From Vibrio vulnificus CMCP6 (GTDB taxonomy: Bacteria; Pseudomonadota; Gammaproteobacteria; Enterobacterales; Vibrionaceae), in contig NC_004459.3 in the NCBI RefSeq assembly GCF_000039765.1, positions 3,166,104 through 3,198,103 of the forward strand: a stretch of DNA of 32,000 nt, in the 5' to 3' direction. Each line of letters opens with the position of its first letter. Position 1 is the stretch's first letter. A program made the translations under genes and the position numbers. Of the stretch, positions 1 to 10,172 are shown in pieces. Under the pieces are notes generated by a model, which was not told where the DNA came from, made no database searches, and saw nothing but the letters and a program-made list of their open reading frames with translations.

Positions 1-27
1 AAAACAAAATACTGAGGAGAACGAGTA

Positions 28-1095
28 ATGTCGTTTTTTATTGCGAGCTCACCACACGCCCACAGTCGCAAAAGCACCCCAGATTTAATGAAATGGGTAG
101 CACTATGTGCATTACCCGGATTGTTGGCGCAAACCTACTTTTTTGGTTGGGGCACATTAGTTCAACTCATTTTGGCAATCACCATCGCGTTATCTTTAGA
201 AGCACTCGTGATGCTATTCAGAAAACGTCCACCAATGCGAGCGCTACGCGATCATAGTGCTCTGGTCACCGCTTGGTTACTGGCCGTCGCCATCCCCCCA
301 ATGGCCCCTTGGTGGATCATCACAATTGGCCTTTTGTTTGCGATCGTGATTGCAAAGCATCTCTATGGTGGTCTAGGGCAAAACCCGTTCAACCCTGCCA
401 TGATAGCTTATGTGGTACTTCTGATTTCCTTCCCAGTGCAAATGACCAGTTGGAGTGCTCCTCTACCTCTGATTGAAGCAGGACACGAAGTGGCCAAAGA
501 TCCAGTGACATTCGGGGATCTTCTTTCCCTGATCTTTACCGGACTCACTATCGATGGTTCTTCTCTGCAACAAGTTCGTGCAGGCATCGATGGCATTACC
601 ACGGCAACGCCGCTTGATGCTTTCAAAACGGGTCTGCACAGCGGAGCGACATCGTCAGAAATTCTCAGCCAACCTATTTTTGAAGGTTTTGCGGGTGTGG
701 GCTGGCAATGGGTTAACCTTGCCTACTTGGCGGGTGGTCTGATTTTGCTCAAGCAACGCGTTATCCAATGGCATATTCCTGTCGGATTTTTAGGTGCGTT
801 GCTTGTGATGAGCAGCTTTTTCTCCCTGTTCTTCCCTGGTGAAACAGCATCACCACTGTTTCACCTCCTTTCCGGTGCGACGATGCTTGGCGCATTCTTT
901 ATTGCAACGGATCCCGTATCCGCTTCAACAACAATAAAGGGGCGTATCCTCTTTGGGGCGATCATCGGTACTCTCGTCTTTATCATACGTAGCTGGGGAG
1001 GCTTCCCAGACGGTGTGGCATTTGCAGTGTTATTGGCCAACATGTGTGTACCTTTGATCGATTACTACACCAAACCAAGAACTTACGGGCACTAA
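28..1095 (+). CDS. rnfD: Rnf/Rsx electron transport complex subunit D
   Basis: 355-aa multi-TM ORF; '[16 protein letters not shown]' and '[12 protein letters not shown]' (flavinylation SxTT-type motif) are typical of RnfD/NqrB; followed by rnfG and rnfE in conserved order. Confidence 0.96.
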   Translation: MSFFIASSPHAHSRKSTPDLMKWVALCALPGLLAQTYFFGWGTLVQLILAITIALSLEALVMLFRKRPPMRALRDHSALVTAWLLAVAIPPMAPWWIITIGLLFAIVIAKHLYGGLGQNPFNPAMIAYVVLLISFPVQMTSWSAPLPLIEAGHEVAKDPVTFGDLLSLIFTGLTIDGSSLQQVRAGIDGITTATPLDAFKTGLHSGATSSEILSQPIFEGFAGVGWQWVNLAYLAGGLILLKQRVIQWHIPVGFLGALLVMSSFFSLFFPGETASPLFHLLSGATMLGAFFIATDPVSASTTIKGRILFGAIIGTLVFIIRSWGGFPDGVAFAVLLANMCVPLIDYYTKPRTYGH

Positions 1096-1110
1096 AAGGC
1101 AGGAAATGAA

Positions 1111-1746
1111 ATGTTAAACGCAATACGAAAGAACGGTTTAACACTAGCAATATTTGCCTGTGCTACCACAGGGCTAGTGGCCATGACGCAATATTTAACT
1201 AAGGACCAAATCACACTTCAGGAGCAAAAGCAGCTCTCTTCGATCCTTAATCAAGTCATCCCGCAAAGCGCACATGACAACTTATTGTTTGAATCTTGTA
1301 CATTGGTGAGCGATTCCGCGCTAGGCTCCGATAAGGCGATGCCAGCCTATATTGCTACACGTAATGGCCAAGCCACCGCCATTGCTATTGAGTCCGTAGC
1401 ACCAGATGGCTACAACGGTGCCATTAAGATCATTACGGGTATCGATACCAGCGGTACCGTGCTTGGCACGCGCGTACTTAGCCATCAAGAAACTCCAGGG
1501 TTAGGCGACAAGATCGACCTTAGAGTGACAGATTGGATCACCAGTTTCACCGGAAAACAGTTAAACGATGGCAACTATAACAGTTGGAAAGTGCGTAAAG
1601 ATGGTGGAGAATTTGACCAGTTTACCGGCGCGACCATTACACCTCGTGCGGTTGTTAAAGCGGTGCGCAACACCGTTGAGTTCGTCAATACCCATCGTGA
1701 ACAGATTCTGAATCAACCACTTAACTGTGGAGGCCACTATGAGTGA
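1111..1746 (+). CDS. rnfG: Rnf/Rsx electron transport complex subunit G
   Basis: 211-aa ORF with N-terminal TM and '[18 protein letters not shown]' (FMN-binding SGATxT-type motif). Confidence 0.96.
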
Positions 1747-2431
1747 GCATAAAAAATTACTTAAAAATGGCATGTGGGACAACAACCCTGCACTGGTCCA
1801 GCTACTTGGTCTGTGTCCGCTACTGGCGGTATCGTCAACCGTCACCAACGCACTTGGTCTCGGCATAGCAACATTATTGGTTCTCGTTGGCTCCAACGTC
1901 ACTGTTTCTCTGATTCGTAACTACGTACCAAAAGAAATTCGTATTCCGGTATTCGTTATGATCATTGCCTCACTGGTCACGTGCGTTCAATTACTGATGA
2001 ACGCCTACGCCTATGGCTTATACCTATCATTGGGCATTTTCATTCCTTTGATTGTGACCAACTGCATCATCATCGGCCGTGCTGAAGCGTACGCATCAAA
2101 AAATGATCCTTTGCCTGCGGCATTAGATGGCTTTTGGATGGGCATGGGTATGACCACCGTGCTTGTCGTTCTGGGCGCAATGCGCGAAATCATCGGCAAC
2201 GGTACCCTTTTCGATGGCGCGGATCTTCTGCTGGGTGAATGGGCGAGCGCACTGCGGATTCAAGTATTCCAATTTGACAGTAGCTTCCTACTGGCGCTGT
2301 TACCGCCCGGGGCATTTATTGGTGTCGGCCTGCTCATCGCGTTGAAAAATGTCATCGATACACAGTTAAAAGCTCGCCAACCTAAACAAGAAAAACCCGC
2401 GATTGAACGCGCTCGCGTGACTAACGCATAA
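1739..2431 (+). CDS. rnfE: Rnf/Rsx electron transport complex subunit E
   Basis: Hydrophobic ORF typical of RnfE/NqrD; ORF track starts at 1727 but the ATG at 1739 ([11 protein letters not shown]) is the likely start and overlaps the end of rnfG by 8 nt. Confidence 0.95.
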
Positions 2432-2502
2432 GTCACTGTCTAGGCTCATCAAAATATGCACCGCTAGAGTGCCCATGAGCCTAGAACAACTGGAAGTCAG
2501 CA

Positions 2503-3144
2503 ATGAATAAAGACAAACGCATACAAATTCTCGAACGATTACGAGAAAACAACCCCAACCCACAAACCGAACTCAATTGGAACTCCCCTTTTGAGCTGCT
2601 GATAGCGGTTTTGTTATCAGCACAAGCAACGGACGTCAGTGTCAATAAAGCCACCGACAAACTGTTCCCAGTCGCCAACACCCCTCAAGCGATGTTGGAT
2701 CTTGGGGTGGAAGGTCTGAAAGAGTACATTAAGACCATTGGCCTGTTTAATTCCAAAGCGGAAAACACCATCAAAACGTGTCGCATTCTGCTCGAAAAAC
2801 ACAACGGTGAAGTCCCTGAAGACCGAGACGCTCTTGAAGCACTGCCCGGGGTTGGGCGCAAAACCGCCAATGTGGTGCTCAACACCGCCTTTGGCTGGCC
2901 AACCATCGCTGTCGATACCCATATTTACCGCGTTTCCAATCGCACAAAGTTTGCCCCAGGCAAAAACGTGGATGAAGTCGAGCAGAAGTTACTTAAAGTG
3001 GTACCAAAAGAGTTTAAACTCGATGTCCACCACTGGTTGATTTTGCATGGACGCTACACCTGTATTGCACGCAAGCCTCGCTGTGGCAGTTGCATCATTG
3101 AAGACCTGTGCGAATTTAAAGAAAAAGTCTACCCAGAGAATTAA
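2503..3144 (+). CDS. nth: Endonuclease III
   Basis: 213 aa; 'LEALPGVGRKTANVVLN' HhH motif and C-terminal Fe-S cysteines 'CIARKPRCGSCIIEDLC'. Confidence 0.98.
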   Translation: MNKDKRIQILERLRENNPNPQTELNWNSPFELLIAVLLSAQATDVSVNKATDKLFPVANTPQAMLDLGVEGLKEYIKTIGLFNSKAENTIKTCRILLEKHNGEVPEDRDALEALPGVGRKTANVVLNTAFGWPTIAVDTHIYRVSNRTKFAPGKNVDEVEQKLLKVVPKEFKLDVHHWLILHGRYTCIARKPRCGSCIIEDLCEFKEKVYPEN

Positions 3145-3168
3145 TCTCTATCTGTAAGGAGCATAACA

Positions 3169-3585
3169 ATGTCAAATGGTCGCATTCTTCACACTATGTT
3201 GCGTGTGGGTAATTTAGATAAATCGATTCAGTTCTACACCGAAGTTATGGGCATGCAATTGCTTCGTACCAATGAAAACAAAGAGTATGAATATACTTTG
3301 GCGTTTCTAGGTTACGGTGACGAATCACAAGGCGCAGTCATCGAGTTAACTTACAACTGGGGTAAAACGGAGTACGACCTTGGCAGTGCATTTGGTCACA
3401 TCGCGATTGGCGTCGACGACATTTATGTTACTTGCGATGCCATCAAAGCCGCTGGCGGTAATGTGACTCGCGAACCTGGCCCAGTAAAAGGCGGCACAAC
3501 CCACATCGCCTTTGTGAAAGATCCTGATGGCTATATGATTGAGCTGATCCAAAACAAACAAGCATCAGCAGGTTTAGAAGGCTAA
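3169..3585 (+). CDS. gloA: Lactoylglutathione lyase (glyoxalase I)
   Basis: 138 aa; '[29 protein letters not shown]', '[17 protein letters not shown]'. Confidence 0.98.
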   Translation: MSNGRILHTMLRVGNLDKSIQFYTEVMGMQLLRTNENKEYEYTLAFLGYGDESQGAVIELTYNWGKTEYDLGSAFGHIAIGVDDIYVTCDAIKAAGGNVTREPGPVKGGTTHIAFVKDPDGYMIELIQNKQASAGLEG

Positions 3586-3614
3586 TCGCCACGTCAATAT
3601 GGCGGAATAGCAAC

Positions 3615-3638
3615 GAGGAGGCTAAAGCCTCCTCTTTT
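3615..3638 (+). terminator. Intrinsic terminator downstream of gloA
   Basis: GAGGAGGC-TAAA-GCCTCCTC followed by TTTT. Confidence 0.85.
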
Positions 3639-3655
3639 GATCTTAATCATGAAAC

Positions 3656-3684
3656 TTTACATGATAATAATTTTCATTTAGATT
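3656..3684 (+). promoter_or_regulatory. Candidate Fur-repressed promoter of the DUF2753-like gene
   Basis: -35 TTTACA (3656-3661), 17-nt spacer, -10 TAGATT (3679-3684); spacer contains TGATAATAATTTTCA (3662-3676), one mismatch to TGATAATnATTATCA. Confidence 0.5.
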
Positions 3685-3714
3685 AATCCCAATTTTGCTA
3701 ACTGGGATAAGCAC

Positions 3715-4149
3715 ATGATCAGTGAATGGGAAAAACACACGTTGCTCGCCGATACCGCGCTGCAACTTGACGATCCAATTCGTAGTATTTTGCACTATCA
3801 ACAAGCCTACAATTTGAGCGAAGACATCATTGCTTCCTCAACGGTAGAAGCTGACGACAAATTACTGATATCCGTGATCTCGTGCCACAACTTGGCACAA
3901 TTTTGGCGCTGGGCGGGTGACACCGACTATGAGCTAAAATATCTGCAACTGGCCTCGGAAAAGGTGCTGACCTTAATTCCTCAGTGCCCTCACCACCAAT
4001 GTGAAAGTTTTATCGAGTCTATTGGATGCTGCAAAAAAGCGTTGTTCGATTTTTTAAAGCGTCACCCAAACCCAAAGATCGCGCAGCTGGTGGAGAAGAT
4101 TGACACGGCTACCCATTGCGAAATCATCGCAAAGTTCAAACTCAACTAA
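3715..4149 (+). CDS. Conserved Vibrio protein, DUF2753-like
   Basis: 144-aa ORF, TPR-like helical composition; position between gloA and motY; family name from memory. Confidence 0.65.
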   Translation: MISEWEKHTLLADTALQLDDPIRSILHYQQAYNLSEDIIASSTVEADDKLLISVISCHNLAQFWRWAGDTDYELKYLQLASEKVLTLIPQCPHHQCESFIESIGCCKKALFDFLKRHPNPKIAQLVEKIDTATHCEIIAKFKLN

Positions 4150-5033
4150 ACTTCACTTCGCCCCAGTGAAATGACAACGCGGCGGTTTTTATCTTTACCA
4201 ATAGGCGTTGCGTTGTCTGCAATTGGGCGGCGTTTACCATAACCTTGAACTTGGATGCGATCTTCCGTCAATCCTAGTGCTTTGAAATAATCTCTCAACG
4301 ATTCCGCTCTACGTTCTGATAAGTTTTGGCTAACGCTAGTACCATCAGTGGAATCGGTGTAAGTCGAAACCAACACCAAATCAATATCAGAGTTGTAGCG
4401 CACGTATTCAGCAATCTGCGACAAGCGCTTTTGCGATGCCTTGGTGAGTTTATCCCCATTGCGTTCATAATGCAGAATAGTGAACGAAATATCTTCAAAG
4501 CTGTAAGGCAACAGATTGGCGACACAATCGCTAAATACGTTGTATTTTTGCTGGAACAGAACGGCAGATAGCGCAACTTCAATTCTTTGGTCACGGCTTT
4601 GCCAATCTTGATAACTAAACGTCGGATAACGCCCTTTCTCTAACTCAGACAGAATGCCCCATGCCGTTTGCCCACCAACATAACCATTAAACTGTTGAAA
4701 GAACTTAATATTAGTAATGCGGTCGGCATTTTCTCCTGGTCGCCATGGAGGCGGCATCGAAATCAAACTCACATTGCGTGTTTCGCCCATAGGTCGACGC
4801 ATTTTTAGCTCAAAATCCAACACAATTTTTTTACTTGCGCGTGAAGAGAATTCCGCATCACCGTAGTTAGGGATCGGATGCACCAAACGGCATTCCAGCG
4901 GTGAATTCATCACCATTTCCCATTGTGATTGCTGCGGGGTGGCAATATAACGCTTCGTCATCGCTGCCGATGGCAATGATGCAAAGGTAGTTAGTACTAA
5001 ACCACTGGTTATTAGCCACTTTTTCATTATCAC
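4146..5033 (-). CDS. motY: Sodium-type flagellar motor protein MotY (OmpA-like C-terminal domain)
   Basis: Signal peptide, MotY-like N-terminus, OmpA-like '[47 protein letters not shown]'; divergent from rnt as in other vibrios. Confidence 0.92.
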   Translation of the reverse strand: MIMKKWLITSGLVLTTFASLPSAAMTKRYIATPQQSQWEMVMNSPLECRLVHPIPNYGDAEFSSRASKKIVLDFELKMRRPMGETRNVSLISMPPPWRPGENADRITNIKFFQQFNGYVGGQTAWGILSELEKGRYPTFSYQDWQSRDQRIEVALSAVLFQQKYNVFSDCVANLLPYSFEDISFTILHYERNGDKLTKASQKRLSQIAEYVRYNSDIDLVLVSTYTDSTDGTSVSQNLSERRAESLRDYFKALGLTEDRIQVQGYGKRRPIADNATPIGKDKNRRVVISLGRSEV

Positions 5034-5117
5034 TACTTCTCTTACTCGCTCACGGTTGCGTGGCAGACATTTGCCACTACCGGATGAATTCTATCTGACT
5101 TACACATTTATGCAAAA

Positions 5118-5144
5118 ACCTCGCCAAATAGGAGCAAAACTTTT
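5118..5144 (-). promoter_or_regulatory. Possible sigma-28 (FliA)-type promoter for motY
   Basis: Minus strand AAAAGTTT-N11-GGCGAGGT versus TAAAGTTT-N11-GCCGATAA; good -35, weak -10. Confidence 0.3.
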
Positions 5145-5225
5145 GCGGTTTTCTCCTTTTGTAACGTTTTTTTCATAAGGATAATCTGTAATAATGCAGC
5201 CTTTGTCACACAAAAATATAGAAAC

Positions 5226-5879
5226 ATGACTGTAGAAAACACAGCACTGACCCTGAAAAAACGCTTTCGCGGCTATTTTCCTGTTGTCGTCGATGTTGAA
5301 ACCGCCGGGTTCAATGCCCAAACGGATGCCCTCTTAGAAATTTGCGCCGTCACACTATCCATGGATGAAAACGGTGATCTTCACCCTGCATCGACCATTC
5401 ACTTTCATGTTGAACCCTTTGATGGGGCAAATCTCGAAAAAGAAGCACTTGAGTTCAACGGCATTCGCGACCCGTTTAGCCCATTACGCGGCGCAGTGAC
5501 GGAACAAGAAGCGCTAAAAGAGATCTATAAACTCATCCGTAGAGAACAAAAAGCCGCTGATTGTAGCCGCGCCATTATGGTGGCACACAACGCAGCGTTT
5601 GACTTAAGTTTCGTTAACGCCGCTAATGAGCGTTGCAAACTTAAACGAGTCCCGTTTCATCCCTTTGCCACTTTCGATACCGCAACGCTCAGTGGCTTAG
5701 CTTATGGCCAAACTGTACTGGCGAAAGCGTGTAAAACCGCAGGGATGGAATTTGACAATCGTGAGGCCCACTCGGCGCTTTACGATACCGAAAAAACCGC
5801 AGAGCTGTTCTGTGGCATCGTCAATAAATGGAAAGCGCTTGGAGGCTGGCCATTAATTGAAGATGAAAACGAAAAATAA
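5226..5879 (+). CDS. rnt: Ribonuclease T
   Basis: 217 aa; DEDD exonuclease motifs '[19 protein letters not shown]', '[16 protein letters not shown]', '[15 protein letters not shown]'. Confidence 0.96.
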   Translation: MTVENTALTLKKRFRGYFPVVVDVETAGFNAQTDALLEICAVTLSMDENGDLHPASTIHFHVEPFDGANLEKEALEFNGIRDPFSPLRGAVTEQEALKEIYKLIRREQKAADCSRAIMVAHNAAFDLSFVNAANERCKLKRVPFHPFATFDTATLSGLAYGQTVLAKACKTAGMEFDNREAHSALYDTEKTAELFCGIVNKWKALGGWPLIEDENEK

Positions 5880-5907
5880 TAAGTAAACACAACTACCTGA
5901 GAAAACT

Positions 5908-7233
5908 ATGAATCCTGTCGTTATATCTGTTTGCGTCATGCTAATTTTAGCCTTGATGCGAGTGAACGTGGTGGTCGCCCTCACGTTCAGTGCCATCGTT
6001 GGTGGCCTTGTTGCTGGAATGGGCCTAGGCGATACCATCGCTGCTTTTGAAAGTGGCCTTGGTGGAGGTGCAACCATCGCACTGAGCTACGCCATGTTGG
6101 GCACCTTCGCAGTTGCTATTTCGAAATCGGGCATTACTGACCTGCTTGCCAGAAGCGTAATTAAGCGCCTTAACGGCAAAGAAAGTGACGCTTCAACCAC
6201 CGGCTTAAAATACGCTGTTTTGGTCGCGCTCGTACTGGTGACCATGTCATCGCAAAACGTCATTCCTGTCCATATCGCCTTTATTCCCATTTTAATTCCA
6301 CCTCTATTGGGCGTATTTGCAAAACTCAAACTCGATCGTCGATTGGTCGCTTGTGTGCTGACATTTGGCCTGATTACGCCATACATGGTCTTGCCTGTCG
6401 GCTTTGGCGGTATTTTCCTCAATAACATCCTATTGAAAAACCTGCACGATAACGGTTTAGAAAGCGTTGTCGCCAGCCAAGTACCGACCGCAATGCTCCT
6501 ACCAGGTGCGGGTATGGTGTTTGGTCTTTTGACTGCTATTTTCTTTAGCTACCGCAAACCTCGCGAATACCGTGAAACCGAGCTGACCGTGGTGCATGAA
6601 GAAAGCGAAGGCATCAACAAAAAGCACATTCTGGTTGCAGCCCTAGGTATCATCGCAGCTCTTAGTGTTCAGCTATACACGGGTTCAATGATCATTGGTG
6701 CACTGGCTGGCTTTATGGTCTTCACCTTTGGTGGTGTCATTGCTTGGAAAGAGACTCATGATGTATTCACTAAAGGTGTTCATATGATGGCAATGATCGG
6801 CTTCATCATGATCGCCGCCGCTGGTTTTGCTGCGGTAATGAAACAAACGGGTGGCGTTGAAACACTGGTAGAATCGCTGTCAACCAGCATCGGTGACAAC
6901 AAAGGCCTCGCTGCTCTTCTTATGCTTGTGGTCGGTCTGCTTGTTACGATGGGGATTGGTTCTTCTTTCTCAACCATTCCAATCTTAGCAACCATCTACG
7001 TTCCGCTTTCCATCGCTTTTGGTTTTTCACCGATGGCAACCATCGCTCTTGTGGGTACCGCAGCAGCGCTTGGTGACGCAGGTTCACCCGCTTCTGATTC
7101 AACGTTAGGCCCAACTTCTGGCCTGAATGCCGACGGGCAACACGAGCACATTTGGGAAACGGTTGTTCCAACCTTTATCCACTACAATATCCCGCTCATT
7201 ATTTTTGGTTGGATCGCAGCTATGGTGCTGTAA
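5908..7233 (+). CDS. NhaC/YuiF-type Na+/H+ antiporter family membrane protein
   Basis: 441-aa polytopic protein; '[41 protein letters not shown]'. Confidence 0.8.
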   Translation: MNPVVISVCVMLILALMRVNVVVALTFSAIVGGLVAGMGLGDTIAAFESGLGGGATIALSYAMLGTFAVAISKSGITDLLARSVIKRLNGKESDASTTGLKYAVLVALVLVTMSSQNVIPVHIAFIPILIPPLLGVFAKLKLDRRLVACVLTFGLITPYMVLPVGFGGIFLNNILLKNLHDNGLESVVASQVPTAMLLPGAGMVFGLLTAIFFSYRKPREYRETELTVVHEESEGINKKHILVAALGIIAALSVQLYTGSMIIGALAGFMVFTFGGVIAWKETHDVFTKGVHMMAMIGFIMIAAAGFAAVMKQTGGVETLVESLSTSIGDNKGLAALLMLVVGLLVTMGIGSSFSTIPILATIYVPLSIAFGFSPMATIALVGTAAALGDAGSPASDSTLGPTSGLNADGQHEHIWETVVPTFIHYNIPLIIFGWIAAMVL

Positions 7234-7268
7234 GCACTTTAATACGTTGTACGATCGACAATCATAAA

Positions 7269-7298
7269 GAAGCCGCTCTGTTGAGCGGCTTTCTCTTT
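7269..7298 (+). terminator. Intrinsic terminator downstream of the antiporter
   Basis: AGCCGCTC-TGTT-GAGCGGCT followed by a T-rich tract. Confidence 0.75.
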
Positions 7299-7365
7299 CA
7301 ATAAAAATAGGTTGGTCTTTTCAGCGTGTCTCGCTGGCCTATTTCATCGCGTTATTTTCATCACA

Positions 7366-7995
7366 CTATTGAGCGGGCATATTCTCGACAATGCGCTCAC
7401 GGATCAACTTTAACGTCGGTTCGGTGGAGAGGTAATCGATCTCGATTGGAAAATACGCATCGTTAATTTGCAATACTAAACTTGGGTAAGAGTTTACGCC
7501 TAAGCTTCGAGCTAAACTCAGTTGATCTTCAAAGACACCTTCCAATAAACGCCCCGTCACATCGTTTTCAAACTGTTGAACATTGAGTCCAATTTCTTGC
7601 GCAAGCTGGCGATGTGTCGCTTCATCATGTGGCGGCATGGCGCGCAAATAATACGCGTGTTGGATCGCCTCTAGCATTTGCTCATAAGAATCTTGAAAAC
7701 CTGCGGCAATCACCGCACGACACGCCTGATAGGTACTACGAACTGGTGTACAACTTGTCCAAAACTCATAATTAAATTGAGTCCCTAGGCGCTGTTCAAT
7801 TTGATGCCAAATGCTTTCAATTTTTTGCTGCATTTCAGGTGGCATCGGCAATGTTGAATCTGGCGCTAAGCCGCCAACCACATACTCAAACTGAATGACT
7901 CCAGGTAACTGTTGCTTCAATTTTTCCAAGGTAGGTTTGTATCCCCAGCACCAGCTGCACATAGGATCATGGACGTAATATAGTTTGATTTTCAT
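7366..7995 (-). CDS. DsbA/FrnE-like thioredoxin-fold protein
   Basis: 209 aa; 'YYVHDPMCSWCWGYKPTLEKL' CxxC motif and 'GVNSYPSLVLQ' cis-Pro region. Confidence 0.85.
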   Translation of the reverse strand: MKIKLYYVHDPMCSWCWGYKPTLEKLKQQLPGVIQFEYVVGGLAPDSTLPMPPEMQQKIESIWHQIEQRLGTQFNYEFWTSCTPVRSTYQACRAVIAAGFQDSYEQMLEAIQHAYYLRAMPPHDEATHRQLAQEIGLNVQQFENDVTGRLLEGVFEDQLSLARSLGVNSYPSLVLQINDAYFPIEIDYLSTEPTLKLIRERIVENMPAQ

Positions 7996-8012
7996 GGTAG
8001 TAACTCAAAAAC

Positions 8013-8036
8013 AAAAAGGAGCCAAACAGCTCCTTC
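8013..8036 (-). terminator. Intrinsic terminator downstream of grxD
   Basis: Minus-strand AAGGAGC-TGTTTG-GCTCCTTTTTG. Confidence 0.75.
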
Positions 8037-8103
8037 GTATTCTATCTTCGTTTGAAGATAACCACTACCGAAACTCTTTCAAGCTCCATAGTGGTTGGCC
8101 AAA

Positions 8104-8442
8104 TTATTCCGCGTCGCTGCCCGCTGCGCGTGCTGCCGCTTCTTTGATCAATGGTTGAAGTTCGCCTTTTTGGAACATCTCAATCACGATATCACAACCG
8201 CCAATCAACTCACCTTCAACCCATAGTTGTGGGAAAGTAGGCCACTCCGCGTATTTTGGCAACTCAGCACGAATATCTGGGTTTTGTAGAATGTCTACAT
8301 AAGCAAATTTTTCGCCACATGCCATCAATGCTTGAGCTGCTTGAGAAGAAAAACCACAGCTTGGTAGCTTTGGAGAACCTTTCATGTAGAGAAGGATTGG
8401 GTTTTCTGCGATTTGTTGTTTGATTTTGTCGATAGTTTCCAT
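8104..8442 (-). CDS. grxD: Monothiol glutaredoxin 4
   Basis: 'KGSPKLPSCGFSSQAAQAL' CGFS motif; start chosen at METIDKIKQQ (8442) rather than the longer 8481 ORF. Confidence 0.95.
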   Translation of the reverse strand: METIDKIKQQIAENPILLYMKGSPKLPSCGFSSQAAQALMACGEKFAYVDILQNPDIRAELPKYAEWPTFPQLWVEGELIGGCDIVIEMFQKGELQPLIKEAAARAAGSDAE

Positions 8443-8654
8443 TGCTTCCTCGTTCACGGAATGACTGCAAATTTTTCGCACATTCTACCTTATTAGTGCA
8501 GAATAAAAAGCACATAAAATTAAGGGCTATTGTCCGTACTAGATCCGCATTAGAATGACAAAGAAATTTCATATCAAAAAGCGGATTTTTCCTTTTAATA
8601 AAGTAAAAACTTGCTAAACTATAGCGCAAGTCAGTCATATTGACAGTCGATTCG

Positions 8655-8669
8655 TTGATGAATCATCAA
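8655..8669. promoter_or_regulatory. Perfect 7-1-7 palindrome upstream of sodB (TTGATGA-A-TCATCAA)
   Basis: Direct sequence symmetry; also forms an 8-bp stem with one bulge (8653-8672) in RNA. Confidence 0.5.
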
Positions 8670-8742
8670 ACGGGTTGATTTAATTATAAATTCACTGGAA
8701 GCAACCGAAGGTAATCCCTTCATATAAATGGAGAATCGAGCA

Positions 8743-9327
8743 ATGGCATTTGAACTACCAGCTCTTCCTTACGCAAAAGACGCGCTTGAGCCACACATCT
8801 CTGCAGAAACTCTTGAGTTCCACCACGGCAAACACCACAACACTTACGTTGTGAAACTGAACGGCCTAATTCCTGGTACTGAATTCGAAGGTAAAACTCT
8901 AGAAGAGATCATCAAGACTTCTACTGGCGGTATCTTCAACAACGCAGCGCAAGTATGGAACCACACTTTCTACTGGCACTGTCTTGCTCCAAATGCAGGC
9001 GGCGAGCCAACAGGTGCAGTTGCAGAAGCGATCAACGCAGCATTCGGTTCATTCGAAGAGTTCAAAGCAAAATTCACGGATTCAGCAATCAACAACTTTG
9101 GTTCATCTTGGACTTGGTTGGTGAAGAAAGCTGACGGCTCTCTAGCAATCGTTAATACTTCAAATGCGGCAACACCAATCACTGAAGAAGGCGTAACTCC
9201 ACTACTGACTGTAGACCTATGGGAACACGCTTACTACATCGATTACCGCAACCTACGTCCAGACTACATGAACGGTTTCTGGGCACTGGTTAACTGGGAT
9301 TTCGTTGCAGAGAACCTAGCGAAATAA
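8743..9327 (+). CDS. sodB: Superoxide dismutase [Fe]
   Basis: '[40 protein letters not shown]', '[17 protein letters not shown]'; start at 8743 ATG preceded by GGAGAA. Confidence 0.98.
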   Translation: MAFELPALPYAKDALEPHISAETLEFHHGKHHNTYVVKLNGLIPGTEFEGKTLEEIIKTSTGGIFNNAAQVWNHTFYWHCLAPNAGGEPTGAVAEAINAAFGSFEEFKAKFTDSAINNFGSSWTWLVKKADGSLAIVNTSNAATPITEEGVTPLLTVDLWEHAYYIDYRNLRPDYMNGFWALVNWDFVAENLAK

Positions 9328-9362
9328 TTTTCGCCCCTTAAGTTCCAATTTAGTCATACTTG

Positions 9363-9386
9363 AAAGCCCGCATTCGCGGGCTTTTT
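9363..9386 (+). terminator. Intrinsic terminator downstream of sodB
   Basis: AAAGCCCGC-ATTC-GCGGGCTTTTT. Confidence 0.85.
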
Positions 9387-9448
9387 GTTTATTTTCCCTA
9401 AAGTTATCTGCCGACGTGCCGCTAATAAAGCATCACACGGAGAGCCGC

Positions 9449-9952
9449 ATGCAGATACACACATTAGACAAAGCAAGCATCATTAACGAGCTGAGCTTCG
9501 GCAATGGCATTAGCCAAGCCGTTCAGCAAGGACGTCGTGCCGACTTTGCACTGCTGCTTTCGATGTTTTCTGAAGACGCTCGTCACATCACCCCCGTAGA
9601 ACAAATTGAAACGCAGGAAATGACGAATGCCGTGTTGCGTAAGCAATTTGGTTTGTCTGAACCTCAAAAATTGAGAAGCGATCAATCAAGTTACGCGATT
9701 TCTGCAGAACAAGCGAAACAGTTCCACAATGCAGGGCTTCCTTCTGCCAAACTGAGTCACTATCTCAGCGCAGAGCCATTGGCTTATATGCCAGAAGAGA
9801 CGTTTGATCTACCAGAAGAGGTTTATCAAAACCTTTCTGGGCACGAGCGAACAAAACTCGCAACCCCTGAAGTTAAATTGCTACCAGAAGCAGGGTTGTA
9901 CAACCACCTATCCACTGCACTGGTCAAAGCGAAATTTGCCGCTTACGCGTAA
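9449..9952 (+). CDS. Conserved hypothetical protein
   Basis: ORF from ATG 9449 (MQIHTLDKASIINELSF...) to 9952; start inside the 9416 ORF. Confidence 0.7.
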   Translation: MQIHTLDKASIINELSFGNGISQAVQQGRRADFALLLSMFSEDARHITPVEQIETQEMTNAVLRKQFGLSEPQKLRSDQSSYAISAEQAKQFHNAGLPSAKLSHYLSAEPLAYMPEETFDLPEEVYQNLSGHERTKLATPEVKLLPEAGLYNHLSTALVKAKFAAYA

Positions 9953-10172
9953 CACGCTGTTTATCGTTGTATTTACTGGCATGGCACGGATCAACTTTGC
10001 TAGACGCTATGCGACAATTTTTCATCCCTCAGAACACCAAACTGTGACTGTTTACAAATATCTCATCATCTCTTTTGCACGATTAACCGTTGTTTGAAGT
10101 TATTCACACAGCGTACCCAATTTCTCACCCAAGATGAAAGTACGGTCTGAATGCTTGAGGGAGAGCAACGAG

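Noticed and set aside
5908-7233. Na+-circuit gene cluster (Rnf, MotY, two NhaC-type antiporters, KtrAB) as a co-evolved module
   Set aside because: Sodium bioenergetics genes are abundant in Vibrio and these are dispersed among unrelated core genes; coincidence is the simpler explanation.
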